DNA of 64,000 nucleotides from an uncultured candidatus Brocadiaceae bacterium (GCA_964483245.1 CAZABP010000011.1:22126-86125), one strand, 5' to 3'. Shown: positions 26,939 through 41,889, numbered from the stretch's first letter. Notes: generated from the letters alone by a model not told the origin. Translations and numbers: made by a program.

Positions 26939-29900
26939 CTACTTGCGCCACACCCACCAGGTACGCAGCCATGACAGCCGCAGCCACAACCACAACCATG
27001 GACCCCGCCGCCAACCGAACTGGGCAGCAACTGCCCGCACGAGCCGAGGCTTGCACCGGCGCAGGATCCACGTCGGCGCGGCCACGATGTCGCGCAGCCG
27101 ACGCCACAGGGTCACCCACTGCGCCGCGCCGCGCACCGCGCTGAAAGCGAGCCAGGCATCGACGCAGGCCGCAAGCAGCCGCGCCTCCTGGCTCAGCAAC
27201 TCGATCCTGACTAGTGCGTGATGCATCCGGGCTGCCTCCAGGTCCGCGATCAGCAGCGCTTCGATCGCAAGCCACACGCGGTGCTCCGACAACGAGTCGT
27301 CCGCTCGCCGCTCGACTGCCACGGCGGACACCGCACGTGCCTCGTCCCAGCGTCCGCCCACGCGCAGCGCCGTTGCGACGTTGTGCAGGACCCACTGCTC
27401 GGCCTCCGCGCGCCGGCGCCAGTCCGAGCAGAACGTGAGCGCATCCCCGGTGCCGAGCGCGAGCAGCGCGTACAGTACCAGGCCGAGCGTCCCATCGTCG
27501 GCACGCCACATCGACTCCGGGAACGCGGCGAGCACGCGCGCCAACCGCCGCCGGCGGGCCCGACTCGTAGGGCCGGTACCAAGCCAGCCGAGCAGCCGCT
27601 GTGCACCGGCGTGCCACGCGGCCGGACGGGCTGACAAATGGCGGAGCGCGGCGATCGCGGCGTCGGCGTCGCTGGCCTTGCCCAGTGCCTGGCACCAGAT
27701 ACCTGCAATCGCCGCGGGGGCTTCGTCGCGCACTGCCTCCTCCGCCAGCAGCGCCTGGACCGCTGCCAACGAATCGGCCTGTTGCGGCGTCACCTGCAGC
27801 GCCTCGGCCAAGAGCTCGGCCGTCACATCGGGACGGCGACACAGTGCCTGCCAGGTCGACAACACTGCCTGCTCCGTCGTCCCATCCGCCGCAACGCGAC
27901 GGCCGGCAACCATGAGTCGCCACACCAGCCCAGCGGCGTCGCACTGGGCGCCCAGCCAGCGGTCGACCACCGCATCGGCCGCGTCGAGCTCGCCGTTCTC
28001 GAGGTGCAGGTCGAGCAAGCTCTTCGCCGCGTAGCCATAGCACGGCGCGAGCGACAGCGCCTGTGCGAAGGCCTCCTTCGCCGCAGCGCGCTGGCCTATG
28101 GCGAGGCGCGTCGCGCCGAGCCAGCCGAATGAGACCGCGTCCGCCGGCGCGTGGTCCACCAGCGCCTGCGCCTCGTCGACTGCAGCTTGGCGGTCGTCAC
28201 TCGCCGACAACCACTCGACGAGCTGTTGCCGTCCCCAGGTGTAGTCCGCGCGCTCGGCGAGGACCGCGCGCATCTCTGCCGACGCGGCCGCGCGGTTGCC
28301 CTTGCGATCGATGAGCCATGCCCGGCGTCCGCGCAGCGTGACCACGAGCGGGCCGGCTGCCGCCACGGCGTCGAGCTCCGCGATCGCTTCGTCGACGCGG
28401 TTGCACTCGGCGAGCAACGCCGCCCGCAAGTCGAGCGCAGTCGCGTTGCGGGCATCGATCTCCAAGCAGCGCGCGAAGGCTGCGAGACGCTGCTCTGGAG
28501 CGGGGAGTCGTACGGCGAACTGGAGCCACGCGACGGCAACCGCATGCTGTTCGACGATCGGGCGTCCGATGCGGTCGAACAGCGCGGGATCAGCTGCCTG
28601 CTGCGCGATCCACTGCAGCATGCCCCACGCGTCGCCACCGGTGACGTCGAGGCCGATTGCAATGGCTGCTTGCGCAGCCGCTCCAGCAGCGTCGCCTGAC
28701 TCGACCAGCGTCTCGCACAGTTGCAGCCGCAGACCGTTGTCGTCGGGGGCGCGCGCCGACATGTCGCGTAACATCGCCAGGGCTCGCGCCGTCTCGCCGC
28801 GTCGGCGCAGCAATGCAGCGAGTGCCCGGCAGGCTTCAGGCGACCACGGCAGCAGCTCGCGTGCGCGCTCGAGTGCAGCCATCTCGGCAGCCTCGTCGCC
28901 GGCCGACCGATGCGCCGCCGCCAGGTCGAGCCACACCCGTGGCAGCAACGGGAAGCGGTCGCACGCGATCTGCGCGGCCGGCAACGCCTCGTCCCCGCGC
29001 TGCATCGCGACGAGCTGCTGGACGACGCAGCCGTGGGCAGCCCAGGAATGCGGATGCAGTTCGAGCAGCCGCCGGAGCTGCACCAGCAACTCCTCCGGTT
29101 CGAGCACGCTGGTGGCGACACCAGCGAACACGACCATCCCGGGGCCATCGCCGGCGCGCGCCGCGAGCCATCCGGCGAGGTCCGCGACCGCCCGCCGCCG
29201 GTCCATTGCCGTCGGTTGCTCCCACACGTAGTTGCCGATCGCGAACGTGCAGTCGACGTCGAGCTGCACTGCTGCGGCGAACGCTGCCAGTGCGTCGGCA
29301 CGGCGACCGAGCTCTTGCAGGACCTTGCCGCGGATCGCGTGGCCGTCCGGCACGTGCGGTTGCAGGTGCACCGCCGCATCCGCCGCAGCCAGCGCAGCTT
29401 CGGGCCGGCTCTGCTCGAGGTGACGCAGCGCCAGTTCGCGCTGCACCAGCGCATCGGAGGGGTCCGCCGCAGCCAGCTCGTCCAGCCGGCGGATCGCGGC
29501 GCGTGTGTCGACGCGCCCCAGCTCGATTGCGAGCAGCCGCGCCGTGGGCCGGTGGAACGGGTATTCCTCCAACACCTGTTGCAGGTGCGCGACCGCAGCC
29601 TGCGGGCCGCCGACGACGCGCAGCAGACGCACGAGCTCGCCGCGTGTTGCTTCCTCGAGCGGATCGTGCTGCAGCGCCTCGAGCCAGTGTCCGCGCGCCG
29701 CGTCGAGGTCGCCGTGGTGCATGGCGAGCCGCGCGTCGGTACGGGACCGTGCCGGCGCGTCACCATGGCCAGCTGCCGCCGTCCGGAGCTCTGCCGCAAC
29801 ATCGAGCCGGCCGTCCGCGCCATGTGCTTCCGCGGCGAACAGGAGCAGCGCGCCGTCTTGCGGCCGCTGCCGCAGCGCTCGTTCGAGCACCACGAAAGCA

Positions 29901-31912
29901 TCCGCTGGCCGGTGCAGCGCCTGCAGCCCGTGGAACAGACTCCGCGCCGGTCCGCCGGCACGGCGGCCGTAGCGCTCGAAGCGCTGCTCGAGCAGCGCGA
30001 TCCCCTCCGCCGTGCGACCGCGGGTGCGGCAGGCCTCGAAGTACTCGAGCGCGGCCGCTTCGTTGGTGTCGTCGAGGCAGACGGCGAAGCGCAGTGCCTG
30101 CAGCGCCTCGTCATCGCACCCGCGCTGCAGGAGCTGGCGGCCGAGCAGGCGGTGACCATGCGCCTCGAGCGGGGCGCGGCGCAGGGCCCGTTCGCACAGC
30201 GCACGCACTTCGACCGCGAACACGCCGTCGGCCTGCAGGAGCCAGGCGAGCTGCAGCAGGAACGCAGGATGCGCGTGCGTGCCTTCGGTCAGCCCACGCA
30301 GCAGCTCGAGGGCCGCATCCCGGCGCTCGAGCTGCGCAAGACACTCGAGCTGCCGCAACAGCAGCCGGCTGTCTTCCGGGAACTGCTCGAGCAACCGCAG
30401 CACGCAGCTCAGCACGCCGACCGCGTCGCGCTCGTACGCGCTGAGCGCGCACTGCGCCTCGATCGCCAACCTGTGCTCAGGATGCCGCTCCGCCAGCTCG
30501 CGGCTGGCGCGACGCGCGGCCGCCCGGTCGTGGCGGGCCAGCGCTTCCTGCACGGCGAACGACTGGTCGTACAGCTCGGAGTCCTGCAGTGCCATGCCGG
30601 CCAGCGCGTCCTCGTGCGGAGCAAGCACCATCGCCCGCGGTCCGCTGGCACGGCAGTGCTGCAGGAACTGCTCCACGAGCCACTCGGTCGTCTGGCGGAC
30701 GAACGGGTCGCGCACGATGAACGTGCCGCGGCGTTCATCGATGCCGATGACCGCCTGCAGATGCCCGCTCGTCGCCTCGCGAGTCGCGACTGCGAACGGC
30801 AGCCCGCGCGCCAGCAGCGCCTTCGCGTCGGCAGCGTTCAGCGTGAACTCGCGGGCGGCGAATCCGTTGCGCAACGCCCAGCGCCGTTCGTTGACATCGG
30901 TCGTACCGCCGTAGCAGATGTCTTCGATGACGTGCAGTTGCTCCGTGGGTCGGCCGTGCCAGAGCGCCAGCGCCGTCAACGTGGCAGGTCCGCAAGTCCG
31001 GTGATGCTGCCGCACGAAGGGCACGGCGAGCTGGATCCGTGCCCCGGTCCCGCTGGCGGCGCGCGCGACGATCTCGCGGTGGAACTCAGAGCCGCTCGCG
31101 GCTGCGTGTGCAGCCGCCTCGCCGTCGCGCGAGAGCTGCAGCAGCAGATCGACCCGGCGCATCGCCAACCGCTTGCTGCCGGATTCATCGAGCAACGGCG
31201 CCAGCGCTTCGAATCGTGCCAGCGTCGCGAACGCGGCCTCCCATTGCCCGTGCTCCTCCTGCTGCAACGCCAGCATCGCCGCCAGCTCGGACGACTCCAG
31301 GCTTGCCAGCGCGTCCTGCAGCAGCCGTTCGGCATCATCGTCGCGGCCGAGCAGCTGCAGCAGGTGCGCCGAGTGCGCCACTGCAGCAACCCGATACGTG
31401 GCAGCCGCGCGCACCGGGCTCACGATCGCCAAGGCCTCGTCGTAGCGATCCTGCAGCTCGAGCACGTTGGCTCGTTCGATCCGCAGCCAAGGATGGTCCG
31501 GCCGCAGCGCCTCAGCCTCCTGCAGGCGCCGCTCCGCCAGCTCGAAGTCTCGCAACGTGCCGGCGATGCGGGCCTCGAGCGCAAGGAGGTCCGCGAGTGC
31601 CTGCGGGTCGTCGCCGCGGCGTGGGCAAGCCAGCATGCGCCACGTGGCCCACGGTCCGTGCCGGCGCAACCGCGCCGCTGCCGCGTAGTAGAGCGCGCAG
31701 TCGCCAGAGTCGGGCTCGCGCATGGCGCGCAGGTGGTGGGTTTCGCCGAGTCTCTGCCCCCCGAGCCTGAGCGCCAGGCGGCCGGCGAGCACGCGCTGCT
31801 CAGCGCCACGCCACTCGGCGAGCGGGGCTACCGAGTCGGCTCGCGCGAGCGCTTGCAGGTACAGGCCGGCGTCGTACAGCGCCTGGACTTCCTGCATTGC
31901 GGCCGATGCCAT
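26939..31912 (-). CDS. Giant TPR-repeat protein (1657 aa) with embedded papain-like/C39-like cysteine peptidase domain
   Basis: Start at MASAAMQEVQALYDAGLY (ATG 31912, 22 nt after the EEP stop). Helical TPR-like repeats throughout. The segment VPFVRQHHRTCGPATLTALALWHG...SGHLQAVIGIDERRGTFIVRDP has the Cys...His...Asp layout of Peptidase_C39_2-type domains. Trp-rich tail ...GPWLWLWLRLSWLRTWWVWRK. Confidence 0.75.
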   Translation of the reverse strand: MASAAMQEVQALYDAGLYLQALARADSVAPLAEWRGAEQRVLAGRLALRLGGQRLGETHHLRAMREPDSGDCALYYAAAARLRRHGPWATWRMLACPRRGDDPQALADLLALEARIAGTLRDFELAERRLQEAEALRPDHPWLRIERANVLELQDRYDEALAIVSPVRAAATYRVAAVAHSAHLLQLLGRDDDAERLLQDALASLESSELAAMLALQQEEHGQWEAAFATLARFEALAPLLDESGSKRLAMRRVDLLLQLSRDGEAAAHAAASGSEFHREIVARAASGTGARIQLAVPFVRQHHRTCGPATLTALALWHGRPTEQLHVIEDICYGGTTDVNERRWALRNGFAAREFTLNAADAKALLARGLPFAVATREATSGHLQAVIGIDERRGTFIVRDPFVRQTTEWLVEQFLQHCRASGPRAMVLAPHEDALAGMALQDSELYDQSFAVQEALARHDRAAARRASRELAERHPEHRLAIEAQCALSAYERDAVGVLSCVLRLLEQFPEDSRLLLRQLECLAQLERRDAALELLRGLTEGTHAHPAFLLQLAWLLQADGVFAVEVRALCERALRRAPLEAHGHRLLGRQLLQRGCDDEALQALRFAVCLDDTNEAAALEYFEACRTRGRTAEGIALLEQRFERYGRRAGGPARSLFHGLQALHRPADAFVVLERALRQRPQDGALLLFAAEAHGADGRLDVAAELRTAAAGHGDAPARSRTDARLAMHHGDLDAARGHWLEALQHDPLEEATRGELVRLLRVVGGPQAAVAHLQQVLEEYPFHRPTARLLAIELGRVDTRAAIRRLDELAAADPSDALVQRELALRHLEQSRPEAALAAADAAVHLQPHVPDGHAIRGKVLQELGRRADALAAFAAAVQLDVDCTFAIGNYVWEQPTAMDRRRAVADLAGWLAARAGDGPGMVVFAGVATSVLEPEELLVQLRRLLELHPHSWAAHGCVVQQLVAMQRGDEALPAAQIACDRFPLLPRVWLDLAAAHRSAGDEAAEMAALERARELLPWSPEACRALAALLRRRGETARALAMLRDMSARAPDDNGLRLQLCETLVESGDAAGAAAQAAIAIGLDVTGGDAWGMLQWIAQQAADPALFDRIGRPIVEQHAVAVAWLQFAVRLPAPEQRLAAFARCLEIDARNATALDLRAALLAECNRVDEAIAELDAVAAAGPLVVTLRGRRAWLIDRKGNRAAASAEMRAVLAERADYTWGRQQLVEWLSASDDRQAAVDEAQALVDHAPADAVSFGWLGATRLAIGQRAAAKEAFAQALSLAPCYGYAAKSLLDLHLENGELDAADAVVDRWLGAQCDAAGLVWRLMVAGRRVAADGTTEQAVLSTWQALCRRPDVTAELLAEALQVTPQQADSLAAVQALLAEEAVRDEAPAAIAGIWCQALGKASDADAAIAALRHLSARPAAWHAGAQRLLGWLGTGPTSRARRRRLARVLAAFPESMWRADDGTLGLVLYALLALGTGDALTFCSDWRRRAEAEQWVLHNVATALRVGGRWDEARAVSAVAVERRADDSLSEHRVWLAIEALLIADLEAARMHHALVRIELLSQEARLLAACVDAWLAFSAVRGAAQWVTLWRRLRDIVAAPTWILRRCKPRLVRAVAAQFGWRRGPWLWLWLRLSWLRTWWVWRK

Positions 31913-31934
31913 CGGGCCGCGTAGTGCACCGGCT

Positions 31935-32636
31935 CTACCGGCGCGGTTCCAGGATCGTCTCCAGCGGCAGATGGTCCGACAGTTGGTCCCAGGGCGGCCC
32001 GCACAGCACGCGCACTTCGCGCACTGCGAAGCCACGCACGTAGATCCGGTCCAGCGGCAGCATCGGACGCCGCGCCGGGAAGCTGCGCCGTGCGCGGGGC
32101 GGCACCTCCCACAGCACGTTGCGCAGCCCCGGGATCCGCCGCGCGCGGCGGTCGAGCGCGCCGGACCAGTCGTTGAAGTCGCCGCCGGCGACGACCGGCA
32201 CATCCAGGTCCGCCGGCAGCGCCTCGAGCAACCGCTCCCACTGCCGGCGGCGCTGCCGGCCGGTCAGGCTGAAGTGCACGTTCAGCACCTCGAACGGACC
32301 GTGCTCCCCGGCGAACCAGGTGCGCAGCATCCCACGCCGCTCGATCATCGACTGCGTGATGTCGACATTGACGAAGCGCGCCGCCTGCAGGCGGCTGAAC
32401 GTCGCGTTGCCATAGCAGCCCTGCGGCCGGAACACGTTCGGGCCGAACACGTGGCTGAGCCCCAGCGTCTCGCTGATGTGCGCGCACTGCAGCACCGCCT
32501 CGCGGGCGCCATGGAACACTTCCTGGCACAGCACGAGATCCGGCGCGCGCTCGGCGATCGCCGCGATCGCAGCCTCGAGGATGCTCTGCCGCGCGCGGCC
32601 GATGCCCTTGTGCAGGTTGTAGGTGATGACCTTCAC
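31935..32636 (-). CDS. Endonuclease/exonuclease/phosphatase (EEP) family protein (YbhP-like)
   Basis: MKVITYNLHKGIG...DLVLCQEV...GGDFNDW...LSDHLPL are EEP family motifs. 4-nt overlap with the cls stop. Confidence 0.85.
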   Translation of the reverse strand: MKVITYNLHKGIGRARQSILEAAIAAIAERAPDLVLCQEVFHGAREAVLQCAHISETLGLSHVFGPNVFRPQGCYGNATFSRLQAARFVNVDITQSMIERRGMLRTWFAGEHGPFEVLNVHFSLTGRQRRRQWERLLEALPADLDVPVVAGGDFNDWSGALDRRARRIPGLRNVLWEVPPRARRSFPARRPMLPLDRIYVRGFAVREVRVLCGPPWDQLSDHLPLETILEPRR

Positions 32637-34096
32637 AGCAGCGGCGAGAGCAGACGGGCGAAGCCTTCCAACGTGCGGGTCCAGAGTCCGCGCGGCAGAT
32701 CCTGGATCTTCAGCCAGACGCCGCGGGCAGCGCGGCGTGCCAGCATCGCGCGCGCCTGCTGCTGCAGCGGCGAACGGTACAGCACGACGCCGAGCTCGAA
32801 GTTGAGCTCCGTGCTGCGCACGTCCAGGTTGTTGCTGCCGCAGTACAGATACTCGTCGTCGACCAACACGAGCTTGCTGTGGTTGTAGTCACCGAGCGTC
32901 TCGTGCACGCCGATCCCGTGGCGCAGCATGTCGCGCACGTGGCTGCGCTGCGCCAGGTACAGCAGCGGGTTCTCCGCCTGGCGGCCGTTGGTCTGGATGC
33001 GCGTGTCGACACCACGCGCGACGGCCATTTCGAGCGCGGTCATGACGGTCGGGTGCGGCACGAGGTACGGCGCGTTGACCAGCAGGTCCTTCTGCGCGCG
33101 CGCGATCAGCTCGAGCATGCACCAGTGCATCAGGCTGGCGCGCGTGTCCGGCCCGCCCTGGACGACGCCGACGATCTCGTCCCCGACTGCCGGCTGCTCC
33201 GGGAAGTACCTCTTGTCGCAGAGGTCTTCGTCGCTGGCGTTGTACCAGTCCTCGACGAACGTCCGGTGGATCCGCGTCACCGCCGGGCCTTCGACGGTGA
33301 CCATCGTGTCGAACCATTCGTGGCGCGCGCCGAACCTGCCGGTGAAGTACTCATCGGCGATGTTGCGCCCGCCGAGGAACGAGAGGCGCCCATCGACGAC
33401 GAGCTGCTTGCGGTGGTTGCGCAGGTTCAGGTTGAACCAGCGCCGCCGCCACAACAGCGGCGCGTACGGTGCCGAGCGGCCCCCGGCCGCGTGGAATTCC
33501 TCGAGGTGCCGTGACTTCAACGACCAGCTGCCGAAGCTGTCGTAGATCAGCCGCACTTCGAGCCCGCGCCTGGCGGCGGCGGTCAGCAGCTCGAGGAACC
33601 GCAGGCCGGCGCGGTCCGGCCGCAGGATGTAGGTCTGCACGTGCACGAACTGCTTCGCCGACGCGATCGCGGCCGCCGCCGCCTGCACGAACTCCTGCGG
33701 CCCTTCGAGCAGCCTGACGCGGTTGCCGCCATGCACCGCGTCCTCGTCGACGCGCTGCAGCATCCGCAGCAGCGGATCGTCGTACTGCGGCCGCTCGGTC
33801 GGCGCCGCGAACATCTCTGCGAGCGTCGGTTCGATCCAGGCATTGCGATTGCAGACCCGCTGCAGACGCCGCAGCTGGATCTGCCGCGGCATGACGTAAT
33901 AGAACAGCAGTCCCACGTATGGGAACGCCAGGATGAACAGGCTCCAACTGATCGTGACGGCAGTCGACTTGCCGGTCTGGATCGCGCGCAGCACGAACAG
34001 GATCGACAGCAGCTCGCCGACCAGCGCGACCAGCAGCGGCAGGCGCAGGTCGAGGCCGCCGGAAGCCGCCTGATCGAGGAACGCAGCGATGGGCAT
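32633..34096 (-). CDS. cls: Cardiolipin synthase (PLD superfamily, two HKD motifs)
   Basis: N-terminal TM helices. HKD motifs NHRKQLVVDGRLSFLGGRNI and YNHSKLVLVDDEYLYCGSNNLD. Start at MPIAAFLDQ (ATG 34096). Confidence 0.88.
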   Translation of the reverse strand: MPIAAFLDQAASGGLDLRLPLLVALVGELLSILFVLRAIQTGKSTAVTISWSLFILAFPYVGLLFYYVMPRQIQLRRLQRVCNRNAWIEPTLAEMFAAPTERPQYDDPLLRMLQRVDEDAVHGGNRVRLLEGPQEFVQAAAAAIASAKQFVHVQTYILRPDRAGLRFLELLTAAARRGLEVRLIYDSFGSWSLKSRHLEEFHAAGGRSAPYAPLLWRRRWFNLNLRNHRKQLVVDGRLSFLGGRNIADEYFTGRFGARHEWFDTMVTVEGPAVTRIHRTFVEDWYNASDEDLCDKRYFPEQPAVGDEIVGVVQGGPDTRASLMHWCMLELIARAQKDLLVNAPYLVPHPTVMTALEMAVARGVDTRIQTNGRQAENPLLYLAQRSHVRDMLRHGIGVHETLGDYNHSKLVLVDDEYLYCGSNNLDVRSTELNFELGVVLYRSPLQQQARAMLARRAARGVWLKIQDLPRGLWTRTLEGFARLLSPLL

Positions 34097-34397
34097 GTCC
34101 TGGGAACGCTTGGCGAGGAACGTAGCGGGAGTCCTGATCCTGATCCTCGGGGTGGTCGGCCTGTTCCTGCCGTTCCTGCAAGGGATCCTGTTCCTGATGA
34201 TCGGGCTCGCGCTGATCGACCTGCCGATCAAGCACCGCGCACACCGCTCGTTGCGCCAGCGCTACCGCTGGTATCGCGGCCTGTCGCTGCGCTACATGCA
34301 GTTCAAGCGGCGCTGGCGGCAGCGGCGGGCCAGGCAGCGGGAGCTCCGCCGCGCCGCGCGCCAATCGCGCGCCCTCAGCCCCGATCGACGAGCATGA
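34089..34397 (+). CDS. Small membrane protein (PGPGW/DUF454-like), Arg-rich tail
   Basis: Two hydrophobic helices ([32 protein letters not shown]) followed by a basic tail. Divergent from cls with overlapping starts. Confidence 0.45.
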   Translation: MGMSWERLARNVAGVLILILGVVGLFLPFLQGILFLMIGLALIDLPIKHRAHRSLRQRYRWYRGLSLRYMQFKRRWRQRRARQRELRRAARQSRALSPDRRA

Positions 34398-35040
34398 TCT
34401 CCCCCAAAGGCTTGCGCGTCAGCGCGAGCCGCGGGACCACACAGTCCGCTGCCGGATGGCCGACCGGCACCAACAGGAACGGCCGTTCCTGCTCCGGACG
34501 GCCGAGGATCCGGTTCAGGAACTTCATCGGGCTCGGCGTGTGCGTCAGCGCGACCAGCCCGGCGTGGTGGATCGCGGCCAGCAGGAACCCGGCCGCGATC
34601 CCGGCCGACTCCTGGACGTAGTAGACCTGCCCGTCGTCGTCGTCCTTCATCAGCCGGAACAGCACGATCAGCCACGGCGCGACTTCGAGGAACGCCTTGT
34701 CGGCGTCAGTGCCGAGCGGCTCGAGATCGGCGAGCCAGCGCGCGCTGGCGCGGTGCGCATAGAACTCGCGCTCCTCGGCCTCGGCCGCGAGCCGGATCTC
34801 CCGCTTCAACGCGGGGTCCTGCACGCAGGCGAACCGCCACGGCTGCTTGTTGGCGCCGCTCGGCGCCGACCCGGCGGTCCGCACGATCCATTCGATCGTT
34901 TCGCGCGCGACCGGCTCGTCGCGGAACATGCGCACCGAGCGGCGCGTGCGCATGACCTCGTAGAACGCGCGCGCCGCCTCGGCGGGCGGCGCATCGGGCC
35001 GGTAGCGCTCGGGAAGCGGCACGAAGCGGGCGTCGGTCAC
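34375..35040 (-). CDS. Nitroreductase family protein
   Basis: [38 protein letters not shown] is the canonical nitroreductase opening motif. Confidence 0.85.
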   Translation of the reverse strand: MTDARFVPLPERYRPDAPPAEAARAFYEVMRTRRSVRMFRDEPVARETIEWIVRTAGSAPSGANKQPWRFACVQDPALKREIRLAAEAEEREFYAHRASARWLADLEPLGTDADKAFLEVAPWLIVLFRLMKDDDDGQVYYVQESAGIAAGFLLAAIHHAGLVALTHTPSPMKFLNRILGRPEQERPFLLVPVGHPAADCVVPRLALTRKPLGEIMLVDRG

Positions 35041-35085
35041 GCCCGCGACGATACTCCGCGGTCCGCACTCCGCGGTCCGCGCCGC

Positions 35086-36054
35086 TCAGCGGTCGCGGCG
35101 GTCGCGCAGCAGCGCCTCGATGCGCTCGAGACGGTCTTCGATCCGCGCCAGCCGGTCCTGCATCGCCTCGAGCCGCTCCTGGTTCTGCTTCGCCTGCCCC
35201 GAATACGCGCCGACCAGCGGCGTGCTCGGCACCAGCGCCACCGGGTCGCGGGCCGCGACCTCGCCGCCCGGGTACAGGTGGAAGAACGGGTTCTGCCGGC
35301 CCTCGGCCTGTTGCAGGGCCTGATGCGCCTTCTCCATCGCGCGCCTGGCTTCGCGCATGGCCAGGTCGACCGAGCGCTCGACCTCGGCCTGCACCTTCGC
35401 GGCATCCTGCGTCGCACGCTTGGCGAACTGCTCGAGGTGCTCGCGGTGCTCGGCCGTGAACTCCTCGGTGAGCAGCCGATCCAGCACTTCCTTGTGCTCC
35501 GCCGCATGCTCCTTCAGCGAGCCGAGCGCGCGCTGCCGTGCCGCCGCGATCCGTTCGGCGATCTTGGCGATCTGGCGTTCCTCGTCGGAGGCCTTCGCCT
35601 TGGCCTTGTCCTTGGTGTTCGCCGACGCCATGGGTGCCGGCGCGCCCGCCGGCGGCAGGCCTTCGAACACCTCGGTCACGTCCTCGAGCACCGGCTCTTC
35701 GGACGCGGACAGCTCGACCCTCATCTGCCTGCGCTCACCGCGCCGCAGCACGGTCACCGAGACATGGTCCCCGGGCTCGTGCTTGCTGAGCTCCTCGCGC
35801 AGCGCGTCGAGCGTGATCGACTTGCGGTCGCCGACCTGGATCAGCAGGTCGTTGGCCTGCATGCCGGCCTTCTCCGCACCACGCCCTTCGGTCACGCTGT
35901 CGATCTTCAGGCCACCTTCGATGCCGAGGAACTCGGCCACCTCGGCGGCGACCGGGCTCACGGTGACGCCGAGCACCGGCCGCTGTGCAACGGCGTGGAT
36001 CGGGAACAGGATCGCCGCCAAGGCGGCAGGCAACAGGACACTTCGCATCGTCAT
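35086..36054 (-). CDS. Periplasmic PDZ-domain protein with C-terminal coiled-coil
   Basis: Signal peptide MTMRSVLLPAALAAILFPIHAVAQ. PDZ-like GLKIDSVTEGRGAEKAGMQANDLLIQVGDRKI. Helical, charged C-terminal half. Third gene of the ECF sigma operon. Confidence 0.75.
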   Translation of the reverse strand: MTMRSVLLPAALAAILFPIHAVAQRPVLGVTVSPVAAEVAEFLGIEGGLKIDSVTEGRGAEKAGMQANDLLIQVGDRKSITLDALREELSKHEPGDHVSVTVLRRGERRQMRVELSASEEPVLEDVTEVFEGLPPAGAPAPMASANTKDKAKAKASDEERQIAKIAERIAAARQRALGSLKEHAAEHKEVLDRLLTEEFTAEHREHLEQFAKRATQDAAKVQAEVERSVDLAMREARRAMEKAHQALQQAEGRQNPFFHLYPGGEVAARDPVALVPSTPLVGAYSGQAKQNQERLEAMQDRLARIEDRLERIEALLRDRRDR

Positions 36055-36089
36055 CTCCTTGTCTGGTTCTCAGTCGATGGGTCTCGGAG

Positions 36090-36638
36090 TCAGAAGTCTT
36101 CGCCGATCGGCGGCGGCGCCGGCAGCTCGGCCGGGACGGCGCGCGGCACCCCCTGTTCGTCCCACGCGAGGCGATACAGGTCCTCGACGTGCGTGCGTTC
36201 GACGGCGCGCCGCAGCAGGACCACGTCGTACCCCTCGCCGGATGCCGCCGGCCTCGCATCCAGCACGATCGAGTCGATCTCGGTGCCGGCCAGCCGCAGT
36301 TCGCCCGCCGGCACCGGCGTCGTGGTGACACCGGTTGTTCGCGCGGAGGTCAGCGCAAAGCCGGCGAACACGGCGGCCGCCAGCCAGCCGGTCCACGTGA
36401 ACCACAGCGGCCCGGAGCCGGCGCGGCTCCGCGGCGGCAGGCCGACCCGCTCGGCGATGGCGAACGCCGGCGCGACGCGCGTGCGCAGCCAGGCATCGTC
36501 GCGCAATCCGCCGGCCAGCCGGCACCAGAGCCCCGGGTCGGTGGCGGCCAGGTTCTCGAGCTCGCGCCAGACCGTCGGATCGTCCTCACGGTCGATGACG
36601 CGCGTGATCAGCGTCTCTTCGCGTTCCAGTTCGCGCAT
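36090..36638 (-). CDS. Anti-sigma factor (single-pass membrane protein)
   Basis: Starts 4 nt after the ECF sigma stop. Cytoplasmic N-terminus, one TM helix (WFTWTGWLAAAVFAGFALT) and a periplasmic C-terminus. Confidence 0.6.
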   Translation of the reverse strand: MRELEREETLITRVIDREDDPTVWRELENLAATDPGLWCRLAGGLRDDAWLRTRVAPAFAIAERVGLPPRSRAGSGPLWFTWTGWLAAAVFAGFALTSARTTGVTTTPVPAGELRLAGTEIDSIVLDARPAASGEGYDVVLLRRAVERTHVEDLYRLAWDEQGVPRAVPAELPAPPPIGEDF

Positions 36639-36642
36639 GTCG

Positions 36643-37200
36643 TCACTCCGTTCGCTCCGGCAGCGAGCTGCCGGCGCAGAATGCATCGCGCAGCAGCCGG
36701 CGGCCGCGCGCGAGGCGTGTTTCGATCGTCGTCTCCGGCAGGTCGAGGATCCCGGCGATCTCGCGCTGCGACAGACCGCGTACGCAGCGCAGCAGCAGCG
36801 GGTCGCGGTACTCCGGCGCCAGCCGCTCGATCAGCTCCATCGCTTCGGCGGCGCGCACCTGCTCCGGCCGCTCGGTCGATGCCGGATCGACCACATCGAC
36901 GCCATCGAGCGAAGCTGGTACGGCGCGGCGGCGTTTGCGCCGCAAGCTGTCGTGCGCGACGTTGCGCGCGATCGTGCCGAGCCAGGCCGGGAACGCCTTC
37001 GCGGCGCCGAGGCTACGGATCCCGCGCACGAACGAAGTCGCGACGTCCTGCAGCAGGTCTTCGAGCTCCTCCTGCCGGGTGCTGCGCGCGAGCAGGATCG
37101 CCGCGACCCAGCGGCGGCTGCTGCGCCACAGCAGGTCCAACGCGGTGCGGTCGCCCGCGATCGCCGCCTGCACGACCTCCGTCTCGAACGCCAGCGTCAT
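36643..37200 (-). CDS. ECF-type RNA polymerase sigma factor (185 aa)
   Basis: Sigma-70 region 2 (DLLQDVATSFVRGIRSL...FPAWLGTIARNVAHDSLRRKRR) and region 4 (LSQREIAGILDLPETTIETRLARGRRLL). The ORF-track extension to 38067 is rejected. Confidence 0.88.
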   Translation of the reverse strand: MTLAFETEVVQAAIAGDRTALDLLWRSSRRWVAAILLARSTRQEELEDLLQDVATSFVRGIRSLGAAKAFPAWLGTIARNVAHDSLRRKRRRAVPASLDGVDVVDPASTERPEQVRAAEAMELIERLAPEYRDPLLLRCVRGLSQREIAGILDLPETTIETRLARGRRLLRDAFCAGSSLPERTE

Positions 37201-37314
37201 CGCCGGACCCAAAGACGGGAGCGCACGCCGATTGCCGAGTCTTCGGGAAGAAATCCCGCTTCGCCGTGGCCCCGCACGGCGCGTGCAAACTCTGCACCGC
37301 GGGCCGTTTGCGCC

Positions 37315-41862
<4,548 letters not shown>

Positions 41863-41889
41863 GCAGTCCAGGATGGCTGCTCACTCAGT

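Noticed and set aside
34456-37314. The 5' 2.8 kb of the 2468-aa ORF 34456..41862
   Set aside because: This part translates to Arg/Ala/Pro/Gly-rich low-information sequence. It lies antisense to five well-supported minus-strand genes (nitroreductase, PDZ protein, anti-sigma, ECF sigma). The recognisable kinase begins at ATG 37315.
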